Shown here: positions 9,364 through 19,050 of the stretch, one piece after another
Layout of the letters: each line of letters starts with the position of its first letter
Position numbering within the stretch: position 1 is the stretch's first letter
Assembly (NCBI GenBank): GCA_963733095.1
Contig: CAVTBV010000004.1
Location: 20,550 to 84,549 of the forward strand
Source: Candidatus Bathyarchaeota archaeon
GTDB taxonomy: Archaea > Thermoproteota > Bathyarchaeia > Bathyarchaeales > Bathycorpusculaceae
Reading direction: 5' to 3'
DNA: 64,000 nucleotides
Notes under the pieces: generated by a model
What the model saw: the letters and a program-made list of their open reading frames with translations, nothing else
Database searches by the model: none
Told to the model about the DNA's origin: nothing
Program-made: the position numbers and the translations under genes

Positions 9364-9753
9364 ATCTCAATCCCTGAGTTGCTTAAATAAAAAAATACGC
9401 CCAGCTATAAGAACAAAACATTGAATTAAAAGTATTCTAAAAACTTGAACCTTTCAGACGTTCTGTTTCTTAAAATGATAGTCTATTCTGTTTTCGAGCA
9501 AAACATCTATGAAAGCCGTACTTAGGCTTGATCCACCTCAAGTATCAACTATTAACGAGCTTGTTTATTGTGAGCGACGTGTGCGACTGAGCGTTTTCTG
9601 TAGCTGGGCACTTCAAATTCAAAGAGCGATGTTTTCCTCAATGATTTCTCTCTCCGCCAGTGGATTAGTCGTTTTAGTTTAAAACATTTTCGCCGTTGCG
9701 TTAGCGTTTGTCATGTTAAGCAGGCACTAAACCCATATGTCTAAGGCTGCACC

Positions 9754-10380
9754 CTAAAAGAAGCAGGGAATATATTCCCTCACTTTGAACTTTACACCTA
9801 AACTGTCAGCAACAGATTGAACTTTTGCTAAATCAACCTCAGGCACACGCACCGCCGTAACCTCAACATCAAGCACGAAATTTGCTTTGCACACGAAATC
9901 TCGAACGGCTTCATAAGCATCCGGGGATGTAGGCCTGCAAATCTCATCGTAAGTTTTTTTGTCTCCAGCGTTTAAGCTCACGCTTACTTTATCTACGCCA
10001 GCCGCCTTCAACTCCACCGCAACGTCCCTGCTTGGGTTCAATGCATAACCGTGCCCATTTGTGTCCAAGCGAATCTGAAGCGGTCCCCCATAGTGCTGCC
10101 TCACCCACCGTGTAACTTCAAGCAAAACATCCAATCGCTCTGTAGGTTCGCCGAAACCACAGAAAACCAACTCCCCCCAACTCCTCCTATGCAAAGCCTT
10201 CTCAAGCTCAGCTTTGATTTGAACGGTGCTGGGTTCCGCTTCGAGTTTAAGATTGAAGGCACCGACTCCGCGTTTGTAGCGTTTTAGGCAGAAATAGCAA
10301 CTGTTGGAGCATTGGTTAGTTATATTTAGGTAGAGTGTGTTGTCCAGCCAGTAGACGAATCTTGGTTTTTCGTTTGACAT
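9754..10380 (-). CDS. TatD-associated-type radical SAM protein
   Basis: YLNITNQCSNSCYFC, FCGFGEPT, RLDTNG and SVSLNA motifs. Confidence 0.82.
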   Translation of the reverse strand: MSNEKPRFVYWLDNTLYLNITNQCSNSCYFCLKRYKRGVGAFNLKLEAEPSTVQIKAELEKALHRRSWGELVFCGFGEPTERLDVLLEVTRWVRQHYGGPLQIRLDTNGHGYALNPSRDVAVELKAAGVDKVSVSLNAGDKKTYDEICRPTSPDAYEAVRDFVCKANFVLDVEVTAVRVPEVDLAKVQSVADSLGVKFKVREYIPCFF

Positions 10381-10618
10381 TTTGCCACCGCAGCATCTAT
10401 GAAATGTTGTAGGTGTTGACTAAGAAAAACAATATCCTTCTCTACTAATTTTAAAATGTTAATTGCCGTGCAAATCGCCAATTCGCTTACCTCTCTTAGG
10501 CGATTGACCCTGTCCCTCCATCGTTTCAACATAGAACCTCTAATAGGATCCAAATTTGTTTCCTACCGAAAAAAAGTTCAAAAATTTGCGCCTGACGAAA
10601 AAGGGGTGCGCATATGTT

Positions 10619-10912
10619 TTATTCAACGGTTAACTTGCCGAATTTGCCAACGTTAAGCTGAATTTCGCTCTTAAAGCTGGTAACATATCCGTTCTCGATT
10701 TTTATGTTGTCGCCGACATTGATTTGGTCAATCTGCTCGTTCCAAAGCGTCAATTTTACGCTACCCGTTTCATCTGCAACTACTGCGTCAACTATTCGGT
10801 AAGTTTCATCTTTGAATCGTGATTTAACTTCTCGCGGATCGCCTTTGTCAACCACTTTGGCTTCAACGCTGACCCGCTTCATGCCATCCTGTAAATCTTT
10901 AATCGCAACCAT
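10619..10912 (-). CDS. ssb: Single OB-fold single-stranded DNA-binding protein
   Basis: DETGSVKLTLW, I.IENGYV..FK...QLNVGKFG; crenarchaeal SSB-like. Confidence 0.85.
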   Translation of the reverse strand: MVAIKDLQDGMKRVSVEAKVVDKGDPREVKSRFKDETYRIVDAVVADETGSVKLTLWNEQIDQINVGDNIKIENGYVTSFKSEIQLNVGKFGKLTVE

Positions 10913-11038
10913 TTCAATTCACTTCTATAAACTGCTCACTAACAGACAGTTTTCAATTGCAAAAGTGACCTACAATCATATAAATCTTGCTAACTAAAAA
11001 AAAATGAAAAAAAGATGGGTAAACGTCTTTGGCGCTGC

Positions 11039-12322
11039 TTAGATTGCCCCGACCAAGAAAATCAAGAGCAAGACAACTATAACTAAGCTTACGCCCGATA
11101 TCGCGATCCGTTTGAGCATTGAGAACTCGGGTTTGAGTGCTCCAATAACAATGGCGCCAACTGCTCCGAGCCACACGTAGGATACTAGGAACATACTCGA
11201 AACGATTGTTCTGAACGGCAGGGTTGCTGCGTCGATGTTGTTGAAGATTGTGTGTGACATTGCAGGTAATGTTCCTAAAGCGTCGGATGGGAAATATAAT
11301 GCTGCGTATGGGTCAAAGCGCACTCCCAGCGATAGGTCGTAGGGATAGTAGACTGTTGGCAATGTAAGGGTTGCTGCAAAGTTCACTAATGCTCGAATAA
11401 CCATAACCATCATGGCAAAACCTATTGCCGTAAAAAGCGGCTTCCACAGCACTGCGCTTTTCAGCAGATATCTGCAGAGAATGTAGATTAGCCCTGTCAG
11501 GATGAACCATGAGAAGATGAACTGCAGCGTGAACAGTTGCAGGAATTGGAGAAGGATTCCGGTGCTGTTGTATTGTACAGGGGTTAGGTATTCGCCGTGG
11601 AAGAACAACGCTCCGACTTGGATTGTTATGTTGGAGCTCGTGGGGTAAGTGAAAGAGAGTGTGAGTGATGTTATGTTGCTCCATGTTGGTGTGCCGCTTT
11701 CGGTCCAACCTGTAGCGTTGGGGCCTAGTGTGATTGTTAGGTTGTTCCATTGACCGATAGTTGATGCACTTGACAAGTCAGATGTTAAGTCATACTGATA
11801 GAAGGATGTGTCGCTGAGTGAATACAGCGCTAAAGTAACGTTTTGGGGTGCGCCATTGGGCTGCATCTGTTTTAGTGTTATGGAAAGGTTCTGGAATCCG
11901 CTTGGACTGCAGTCCACGTCAGTTGTGTTAGTCAAAGCAGCTACGATAGTGTTAGTGCCGTTGGCTTGCATCTGAAGACTGCTGTTTCCAAAGAGGCTAT
12001 AGTATGCGTTCGAATCTGTTGGGGGAAGCCCAAAACCAGCTACATAAACACTATAGTTGAAGAAGTCGTCAAAATTGTTGGTTAATGCAACGTTTGAGTT
12101 GCTTTGCCAGGCTGTCGCATTGATGAAATTGCCCAGTTGGTCGATTGTTGGCGTGGTCTGCTCAGTATAAGTTTTTGAGAACTGTGAGTACTCATAACCA
12201 ATCGAGAGAGCAATGAATAGTACCAAAACAAGTATCGCGCCAAGATATTTTGGGTTTGAAACAATATCTTTAAAGACTTTGTGCGGCGCATAAATGACCT
12301 TCAGGATGTCGTTAATAATCAA
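11039..12322 (-). CDS. Yip1-like membrane protein with a large extracellular Ser/Thr/Asn-rich domain
   Basis: N-terminal I..VIYAP.K.F plus TM helix, a soluble beta-rich insert and C-terminal TM helices. Confidence 0.55.
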   Translation of the reverse strand: MIINDILKVIYAPHKVFKDIVSNPKYLGAILVLVLFIALSIGYEYSQFSKTYTEQTTPTIDQLGNFINATAWQSNSNVALTNNFDDFFNYSVYVAGFGLPPTDSNAYYSLFGNSSLQMQANGTNTIVAALTNTTDVDCSPSGFQNLSITLKQMQPNGAPQNVTLALYSLSDTSFYQYDLTSDLSSASTIGQWNNLTITLGPNATGWTESGTPTWSNITSLTLSFTYPTSSNITIQVGALFFHGEYLTPVQYNSTGILLQFLQLFTLQFIFSWFILTGLIYILCRYLLKSAVLWKPLFTAIGFAMMVMVIRALVNFAATLTLPTVYYPYDLSLGVRFDPYAALYFPSDALGTLPAMSHTIFNNIDAATLPFRTIVSSMFLVSYVWLGAVGAIVIGALKPEFSMLKRIAISGVSLVIVVLLLIFLVGAI

Positions 12323-12442
12323 TCTTTTCGTTCCCTCGCAATGTGAAGCTACATAGCATTTATTAAGTGTTATTCAAGTCGCAAATTAAGCTTACGATAA
12401 GTCGCTTAATTTAGGCAAGCTACGAAAAAGTGAGATGCTACG

Positions 12443-13951
12443 TTACATTCCTGTTTTGAGTCGCCGATAGGTTGTGTAGTCTACATACTCTATGAACGGG
12501 TTTTCTGCTTGGAATTTAACTGTGATTTTTTGGCGTTTGCGTTTGTCGAGGATCTGGCTTGTTGTTCTAAGCAGGTATGCGTCGCTTCCGGCGCCTGAGC
12601 CGTAACTAGCAACCAAAATGCGTTCATCGGGTTTTGCAACATCAAGTACAGCCGCTAAACCTACGAGGGTGGCTCCAGAGTATGTGTTGCCGAACTTTGT
12701 TATTTGGATCGCGGGCAAATACTGCTCGTCTCTAAACCCAAGTTCTTTGGCGATTCTTACAGGGAACTGGGGGTTTGGCTGGTGGGGAACAAAATAGTTC
12801 AAATCCGAAGCCGAGATGTTGTGGCGTTCCATGATTTTGGTGGCCGATTTGCGTACGTGCTTGAAGTATGCTGGGTCACCCGTAAACCTGCCGCCATGCA
12901 TGGGATATTGTTCGCCATCTCTGCGCCAGAAATCTGGAGTATCGGAGGTGCAGGAGTACCAGCCTTCGACTTCGGCTATGACGTCGCGTTTTCCAAATAT
13001 GAATGAGGCGCCGCCGTATCCGACGTATGTGTCTAATTCTCCTCCTGCGCAGCCTCGCGGTGCTGCTTGGGAGTTGTCAGCGCCGATAACCATGGCGTAG
13101 TTTATTCCTGAACGTGGATAACTGACTAAGGCTGAGGCGTCTTTGAACATGCTTGTTCCGGCTTTGCAGGCAAATTCTGTGTCTACTGCGTCGACGCTTT
13201 GGATGTCTCCGTCTTCTTCCCCGAGCTGGAGAACTTGAGCAACTTTTGAAGCTATGGGTTTGACTGCGTAGGGGTTAGATTCCGAGCCCACATAGACTTT
13301 GCCTATCCATGCGCTGTCAAGGCCTGAGTGGATAAGCGCAAGTTTGCCCGCTTCAACAGCCGCCGTCACCGCGTCTTCATCGATGAATGGAACCGCACGT
13401 TCTAAACCGGGTTCTTTTATTCGAAAACGAGAAATGTAAGCGCCATAACCTACAATTCCCGGCAATTCATATTCTTTAGTAGGCTCAATAACCCTGTATT
13501 CCTGGTGTGGATAGTATTCGTCGGCTAAGGTGAAAGCTAAAGAAATCGTTGGAACAACCTCGCTTTTTCCCACGGTATAGCGTCTTCGGAAGCGGGGAAT
13601 TACTTCTCTGCCTTCGAGGCTGGCTAAATCCACATTGTCGCCATCACAGATTAACTGGTCAGTTAGTCTTGCTGGAACACGGATTTTGCCGTCATGGAAA
13701 GAAACGATACCATAAACGTAGCTTGAGAGTTTGGTGAACTTGTTTGTGGGCTCGTTGACGTAGGTGCAGACTTCAAGTTTGCCCTTATCAAAGAACAAAT
13801 CGATGCTGTCCATTTTGCCAAAGCTCTTTCTGCCACAGTTGCTACAGTAATCGCGGACTTCAAAGTATTCTTTGCCACAGCTCTTACAGCGACATGCCTT
13901 TAAGCGGTCGCCTAAAAAAGAAACCCGTCGCTCTATCGGTTCACTACTCAT
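12443..13951 (-). CDS. HMG-CoA synthase with N-terminal DUF35 (Zn-ribbon/OB-fold) fusion
   Basis: N-terminal CKSC...CSNC Zn ribbon and OB-like segment; HMGCS motifs GSESNPYAVKP, EFACKAG, HQPN, GNTYSG and SYGSGAGSD. Confidence 0.88.
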   Translation of the reverse strand: MSSEPIERRVSFLGDRLKACRCKSCGKEYFEVRDYCSNCGRKSFGKMDSIDLFFDKGKLEVCTYVNEPTNKFTKLSSYVYGIVSFHDGKIRVPARLTDQLICDGDNVDLASLEGREVIPRFRRRYTVGKSEVVPTISLAFTLADEYYPHQEYRVIEPTKEYELPGIVGYGAYISRFRIKEPGLERAVPFIDEDAVTAAVEAGKLALIHSGLDSAWIGKVYVGSESNPYAVKPIASKVAQVLQLGEEDGDIQSVDAVDTEFACKAGTSMFKDASALVSYPRSGINYAMVIGADNSQAAPRGCAGGELDTYVGYGGASFIFGKRDVIAEVEGWYSCTSDTPDFWRRDGEQYPMHGGRFTGDPAYFKHVRKSATKIMERHNISASDLNYFVPHQPNPQFPVRIAKELGFRDEQYLPAIQITKFGNTYSGATLVGLAAVLDVAKPDERILVASYGSGAGSDAYLLRTTSQILDKRKRQKITVKFQAENPFIEYVDYTTYRRLKTGM

Positions 13952-13953
13952 TT

Positions 13954-15141
13954 TTATGCCCTTCCTAGAATGGTAACATATGCTTTAGTGCCAAACCCCT
14001 CAAACTCCAAAACACCGCCATGTTGAGGTGAATCATTACCAACATGAACTTGTCTTTCGGCAGCTTCGCCGCGGAGTTGGCGGAAAATCTCATAAATCTG
14101 CGCTCCGCCAGTAGCCCCCAAAGGATTACCGTTTGCTTTTAAGCCGCCATCTGTGTTTACATAGAGCGGTTTGCCGTCTAGGTTATAGCAGTTTTGGCAT
14201 CCATGAATGCTTTTCCAGGCGGTTCCAGGGGCGCAGAAGCCTAAGTCTTCCAAAGAAACCATCTCCATTACTGTTGACTGGTCGTAAACTTCGATTACTT
14301 GCAAGTCAGAGGGAGATACTTTAGACATTTGGACTGCTTTTTTCATTGCTAGTTCAGCTGCAACAAAATGGGACAGGTCTTCTCTTTTTGGATAGTTGAG
14401 GTAGTCGGTTGCTGAGCCAACGGCCAAGATGCTCACTGGCTGCTTTGTCTTTTTTTTGGCAACTGAGTCGCTTGTGAGGATTAGGGCTGATGCGCCATCT
14501 GAGATAGGCGCAAAATCGTAGAGTCCTAAGGGTTTATGCGCGGTTTTTCTTGCGCTTAGAACTTGTTCGATGGTGATTTTTTTTTGGAATTGGGCGTATT
14601 TGTTTTTGGTTGCGTTTGCATGGTTTTTAACGGTGACCTCTGCCAGCGCCATGTTCAGGTTGTCGAGGTTTTCGCCCGTTATGTTGTGTTTTTTTATGTA
14701 TGCGCGCAACATGAGTTCGTGGTTTGATTCGGGTGTGCCACCTGCGTAGTAACTCCATGGGTCGTCGAGCAACATGAGGTCGTCGCGGATTTTGTCCCAT
14801 CGATCCGTCATCTTCTCGATACCGCCCACCAACACGGTGCTGTAAACGCCTGCCTGAATCGCATGACAAGCCGTTAGCAAGGCGGCGCTAAATGAGCGGG
14901 TAACTTCCATGGGTACATGAAGTTCAGTTAGTTCTGAGAGGAAACCTTCTTCAAGACCCAGCTTGTTGGTGATGGGTAGAAAACAATCTGACATGTAACA
15001 AGCTTCTAGGTCTTTGCGTTCGATGTTGCATTCGTTTGAAGCGGCAAGCCAGGCTTCCTCGATAAGTTTTTCCGGTTCTTTGCCGTAGTGTTCTCCAAAC
15101 TTGGTGCGGCCAACAGCAACGATAGCTGGGCGATTTTCCAT
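13954..15141 (-). CDS. Archaeal/SCP2-type thiolase homolog with degenerate catalytic motifs
   Basis: GRTKFG, GGIEKM, KNH.NA..N..AQ, PISDGA and VN.DGGL motifs; canonical Cys and His motifs altered. Confidence 0.85.
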   Translation of the reverse strand: MENRPAIVAVGRTKFGEHYGKEPEKLIEEAWLAASNECNIERKDLEACYMSDCFLPITNKLGLEEGFLSELTELHVPMEVTRSFSAALLTACHAIQAGVYSTVLVGGIEKMTDRWDKIRDDLMLLDDPWSYYAGGTPESNHELMLRAYIKKHNITGENLDNLNMALAEVTVKNHANATKNKYAQFQKKITIEQVLSARKTAHKPLGLYDFAPISDGASALILTSDSVAKKKTKQPVSILAVGSATDYLNYPKREDLSHFVAAELAMKKAVQMSKVSPSDLQVIEVYDQSTVMEMVSLEDLGFCAPGTAWKSIHGCQNCYNLDGKPLYVNTDGGLKANGNPLGATGGAQIYEIFRQLRGEAAERQVHVGNDSPQHGGVLEFEGFGTKAYVTILGRA

Positions 15142-15436
15142 AGTAATTCTCCCCTTTGGATAGCCTTAAACGTTTTCTAAAACAACTATTAAGTGTTTGC
15201 CAAATTGCCCCCGCAAATATGCGGAGAACAAATATGTCAATGTATAAAACCAAATATAGACATTGGAGGTGGGGGCAAAAAAGAGATTGCTAAGTAGTTT
15301 ACACGAGAGAATTGATGGGTTTTTTTATAAGTGTGAATACCTAAAAGGATGCAATAAACTTTCACCGGAATTCCGACATGCCTGAAACAGCTATTGTGGC
15401 GAATATAGAAAGCGAAACCGCAAAAAAATAATCCGT

Positions 15437-16831
15437 TTAGAATCCCTTATTTATCTCATTTTTTGTTAACTGCGACTTGGTTGTTTTTATCAGGGTCTGA
15501 AGTTTTTGGCTCAGCTCCACAGGAAACACAGGAGCATTCGTCAATACCTTGTATTGGTCTGGCAGTTTAGACAGGTTTTCCGAGGCGGCAGTGCGGATTT
15601 GCTCAAGCGACGGAGAGTCACGGAAAGTTTTGCCGTTTTTCATTACTTGAACTAGCAAACCCTCACCGCCCAAATCCTCATCAGCCAAAGCAATAACATC
15701 CCAGCTAAAACCGCCCTCTTTATCTTTAAAGCGGTAAACTTGCTTTCGCCCAGGAAGCGTGATCTTGTCTTTGCTCAGTTTCATTATTGGTGAGAACCTA
15801 CCGTCTGCCATTTGGGTTTCGCAGAGTTTGTAGATGACATCCAGATAAGGTCGATCTGCGGACGTTCCCATTTTGGTCCCGACCCCAAACGCATCAATCT
15901 GAGCGCCCTCGTCGATTAGTTGTGTGATTTTGAATTCGTCCAAGTCGCCGCTGACAAAAATCTTAACATAATCCAAGCCGTTAGTGTCCAGGATTTTTCT
16001 GACTTTTTTACTGGTTTCGGTCAGGTCGCCGCTGTCCAATCGAACGCCGCCAAGTCTGAATCCTTTTTTTTCAAGCTCTTTAGCCACTATGACGGCTTTT
16101 TCAGCGCCCACTATATCATTGTAAGTGTCTATTAGGAGGGTGGATTTGTTTGGGAAGGTTTTGGCGAAGGCGCGGAAGGCGTCGATTTCTCGGGAGTAGG
16201 ACATTATAAACGAGTGTGCCATGGTGCCGAAGACTGGAATCCCGTAAGCCATCCCTGCAAGGACGTTACTTGTTCCTTGACACCCTGCGATGTAGCTTGA
16301 ACGCGCCACTTTCATTCCCGCGTCAATTCCCGGTTCTCTTCGCAATCCAAACTCAATCACTGATTTGCCCTTGGCGGCGTGGACTACCCGTGAGGCTTTG
16401 GAGGCTATCATGGTTTGCAGGTTGATAGTGTTTAAAAGAAAAGTCTCCACGAGTTGTGCTTCGATAATGGGTGCGGTAACGCGAATTAAGGGTTCTTTGG
16501 GAAAAGCCACGGTGCCCTCAGGAACAGCCCAAACTTCTCCCGTAAACTTGAAGTTGTGGAGGTATTCCAGGAAGTCTTGGCTGAACCCCTGATTTTTTAG
16601 GTAGTTCAAATGGTCCTCATTGAATTTTATGTTCTGGAGGTACTGCAACGCCTCTTCCAAGCCTGCAAAAAGAAAATAGCCTCGGTTTTCTGGCAACCGT
16701 CGTATGAAGAGGTCGAATGTGGCTGGCTCAAAGTCTTTGTTGTCAAAGTAGCTTGCACACATCGTTAACTCATAGTAGTCAGTGAATAAGCTCATGTTTT
16801 GCGGCTTAAGGAAGCCAAGAAAACTGTTCAT
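15437..16831 (-). CDS. pncB: Nicotinate phosphoribosyltransferase
   Basis: LFTDYYELTM, EFGLRR, GTSNV, GTMAHS, LIDTY, RLDSGD and FGVGT motifs. Confidence 0.95.
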   Translation of the reverse strand: MNSFLGFLKPQNMSLFTDYYELTMCASYFDNKDFEPATFDLFIRRLPENRGYFLFAGLEEALQYLQNIKFNEDHLNYLKNQGFSQDFLEYLHNFKFTGEVWAVPEGTVAFPKEPLIRVTAPIIEAQLVETFLLNTINLQTMIASKASRVVHAAKGKSVIEFGLRREPGIDAGMKVARSSYIAGCQGTSNVLAGMAYGIPVFGTMAHSFIMSYSREIDAFRAFAKTFPNKSTLLIDTYNDIVGAEKAVIVAKELEKKGFRLGGVRLDSGDLTETSKKVRKILDTNGLDYVKIFVSGDLDEFKITQLIDEGAQIDAFGVGTKMGTSADRPYLDVIYKLCETQMADGRFSPIMKLSKDKITLPGRKQVYRFKDKEGGFSWDVIALADEDLGGEGLLVQVMKNGKTFRDSPSLEQIRTAASENLSKLPDQYKVLTNAPVFPVELSQKLQTLIKTTKSQLTKNEINKGF

Positions 16832-16956
16832 GCGCTAGTAGTAAAAGCAGACAGGATTTAATTCTTTCTAACCCCCAGAAAATGCTACCGAGTTATGGGA
16901 TCGTTGGTTTGCTGTTCTAACAAGTAGACTTAAAGGCAAATATTACAAACAAGGGG

Positions 16957-16992
16957 TTGATATCAAATTCCTCTAACTTTTTAGATCTAAAA
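16957..16992. promoter_or_regulatory. Two palindromes (TTGATATCAA and TTTTAGATCTAAAA) in the divergent pncB/radA intergenic region
   Basis: Perfect 10-bp palindrome at 16957-16966 and perfect 14-bp palindrome at 16979-16992. Confidence 0.35.
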
Positions 16993-17082
16993 GAATTTCA
17001 CTTTCACTTAGCCCCCCACTGCGGAAAATAAATCATTATTCGCTTGTTTTAAATATCCCTAATCATACATCAACACTAAAGT

Positions 17083-18132
17083 GTGAATATAATGCCAGAA
17101 GACTCCGACGCTCAACTGCAAGAAAAAGAAGAATCCATACTGGAAACAAACAAGAAAAAATACGAGTTCATAGAAGACCTGCCAGGAGTTGGACCGGCAA
17201 CAGCCCAGAAACTTCGAGACCTCGGTTATCACACAGTAGAATCTTTGGCCATGGCAACATCGCGGGAACTTGAACCTGTCGGAGTAAGCGAGAAAAAGGC
17301 GTTCCAAGTCATTGAAGCCGCACGTTCATCCATTGGCATCGCATTTATTCGGGCAGACGAGTTGTTTAAAATGCGCGAGACGGTTCTACGAGTAACCACC
17401 GGCAGCAAAGCCCTCGACAAAATCGTCGATGGCGGCTTAGAAACCCAAACTATAACAGAGTTTTACGGTGAGTATGGCTGCGGCAAAAGCCAAATGTGCC
17501 ACCAACTATGCATCAATATCCAGTTGCCTCCGGAAAAAGGTGGTCTAAACGGAGCCGCCTTGTACGTTGATACCGAAAACACCTTCAGGCTCGAACGCAT
17601 TGTGCAAATGGCAAAAGCCGCTGGTTTAGACCCAGCGGAAGCCGTTAAAAAAATCATTTACGCGGAAGCGTATACTTCTGATCACCAGATGTTCCTCTTG
17701 GAAAACGCTGATGAAATAATCAAAGCAAACAACATCAAACTAATCATAGTTGATTCACTAACCGCTCACTTCAGAAGTGAATATATCGGAAGAGAAATGC
17801 TCGCATCAAGACAACAAAAACTAAACAAACACATGCATAAACTCATCGCGTTAGCGCGAGCATTCAACGCCGTTGCGATTGTAACTAACCAAGTTATGGC
17901 AAAACCCGACCAATTCTTCGGCGATGCTATTCATCCAATCGGCGGAAACATCGTTGGCCACACAAGCGCTACAAGAATCTACTTAAGACGCGCTTCACAT
18001 GGACCAATACGCATTGCACGGTTAGTTTCAAGTCCATATTTGCCTGAAGGCGAGGAAATCCTTAAAGTAACCGAGAACGGAATAGAAGATGTCTCTGAAG
18101 AAGAGAAAGCAACTAAACCGCGTGGACGCTAA
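17083..18132 (+). CDS. radA: DNA repair and recombination protein RadA
   Basis: N-terminal HhH (DLPGVGP), Walker A GEYGCGKS, YVDTENTFR, VDS, RQQKL and TNQV. Confidence 0.97.
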   Translation: MNIMPEDSDAQLQEKEESILETNKKKYEFIEDLPGVGPATAQKLRDLGYHTVESLAMATSRELEPVGVSEKKAFQVIEAARSSIGIAFIRADELFKMRETVLRVTTGSKALDKIVDGGLETQTITEFYGEYGCGKSQMCHQLCINIQLPPEKGGLNGAALYVDTENTFRLERIVQMAKAAGLDPAEAVKKIIYAEAYTSDHQMFLLENADEIIKANNIKLIIVDSLTAHFRSEYIGREMLASRQQKLNKHMHKLIALARAFNAVAIVTNQVMAKPDQFFGDAIHPIGGNIVGHTSATRIYLRRASHGPIRIARLVSSPYLPEGEEILKVTENGIEDVSEEEKATKPRGR

Positions 18133-18134
18133 GT

Positions 18135-18596
18135 ATGCCCATTTCACAAGCCTTAGTTACGAGGTACTTTCAGCTCATAGTCAGCCGGCAATTTACCGAA
18201 GCTGAACGTGAGTTGGAACGAGTTAAACAAAAAATGCAGAAAACCGAATGGAACCGCGGATACTTCCGGGCACTCTACGGAATGTACCTTTCACGCAAAA
18301 ACAACTCCTCCGACGACTATGCATTCTTTTCAAAGGTAGATTTAACCGACAAAGTAAGCCTGCATGCGCACAGAAAAGAGTTCCTCGAGCATATGGGCAA
18401 CGGGTTACACGGGGACTTTGACCGCGGATACTTTTCAGCATGGGCAGATTGCATGCGCATAATAGCGCGTATGGACCTTCCAAGTCCAACCAGCGGGAAA
18501 GCGTCTGGAGAAGCAAAGATTGAGACTCTGCGAAGTGATAAGAGCCAAGCTACTATAGCTAATTTTCTCAAGAAATCCGCTGAAAAAGAAGCCTAA
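18135..18596 (+). CDS. Hypothetical helical protein coupled to radA
   Basis: Starts 2 nt after the radA stop; duplicated RGYF.A motif. Confidence 0.7.
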   Translation: MPISQALVTRYFQLIVSRQFTEAERELERVKQKMQKTEWNRGYFRALYGMYLSRKNNSSDDYAFFSKVDLTDKVSLHAHRKEFLEHMGNGLHGDFDRGYFSAWADCMRIIARMDLPSPTSGKASGEAKIETLRSDKSQATIANFLKKSAEKEA

Positions 18597-18604
18597 ATTA
18601 TTTT

Positions 18605-18916
18605 TTAGGCGAGCCCAAGCACTACAACAAATACTGTGTAGAACAGGACAAAAAAGGATAGCCAAGCAAAGAAGTACATGCCAATGGCCGTACTGAGGAT
18701 TTTTGATTGTTTCTCAATTTTGTTCTTGTAGTATCCTCTTATGACGTAGTAGCTAACAAAGTAGATGAGTAGGGCTATTGTGATGCTGTTTATGAGGGTG
18801 GTAAAGTCTACCATGCCAGCACTGCCGCCGAAATAAGCAGCTATAAACGCCGTTATTGCGCCTGCAACGATGCCCAATACAACTCTTAACCAGTAAAGCT
18901 GAACTACAGGTGTCAT
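18605..18916 (-). CDS. Small three-TM membrane protein, possibly EMC6-like
   Basis: YWLRVVLGIVAG, three hydrophobic segments and a C-terminal F..W..F..LFY pattern. Confidence 0.5.
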   Translation of the reverse strand: MTPVVQLYWLRVVLGIVAGAITAFIAAYFGGSAGMVDFTTLINSITIALLIYFVSYYVIRGYYKNKIEKQSKILSTAIGMYFFAWLSFFVLFYTVFVVVLGLA

Positions 18917-19050
18917 CTGAATCTAATCCTTTGTGTGTATATTTTGTTCTTACTTAAAAAAGATGCCTAAGTATTAATCGTTTCTGCCAGTTCAAACGGC
19001 ATTTTTGCAATTTCTCAGTTTTTCAGTGAAAACGGTTATTTTGTAGCCCA

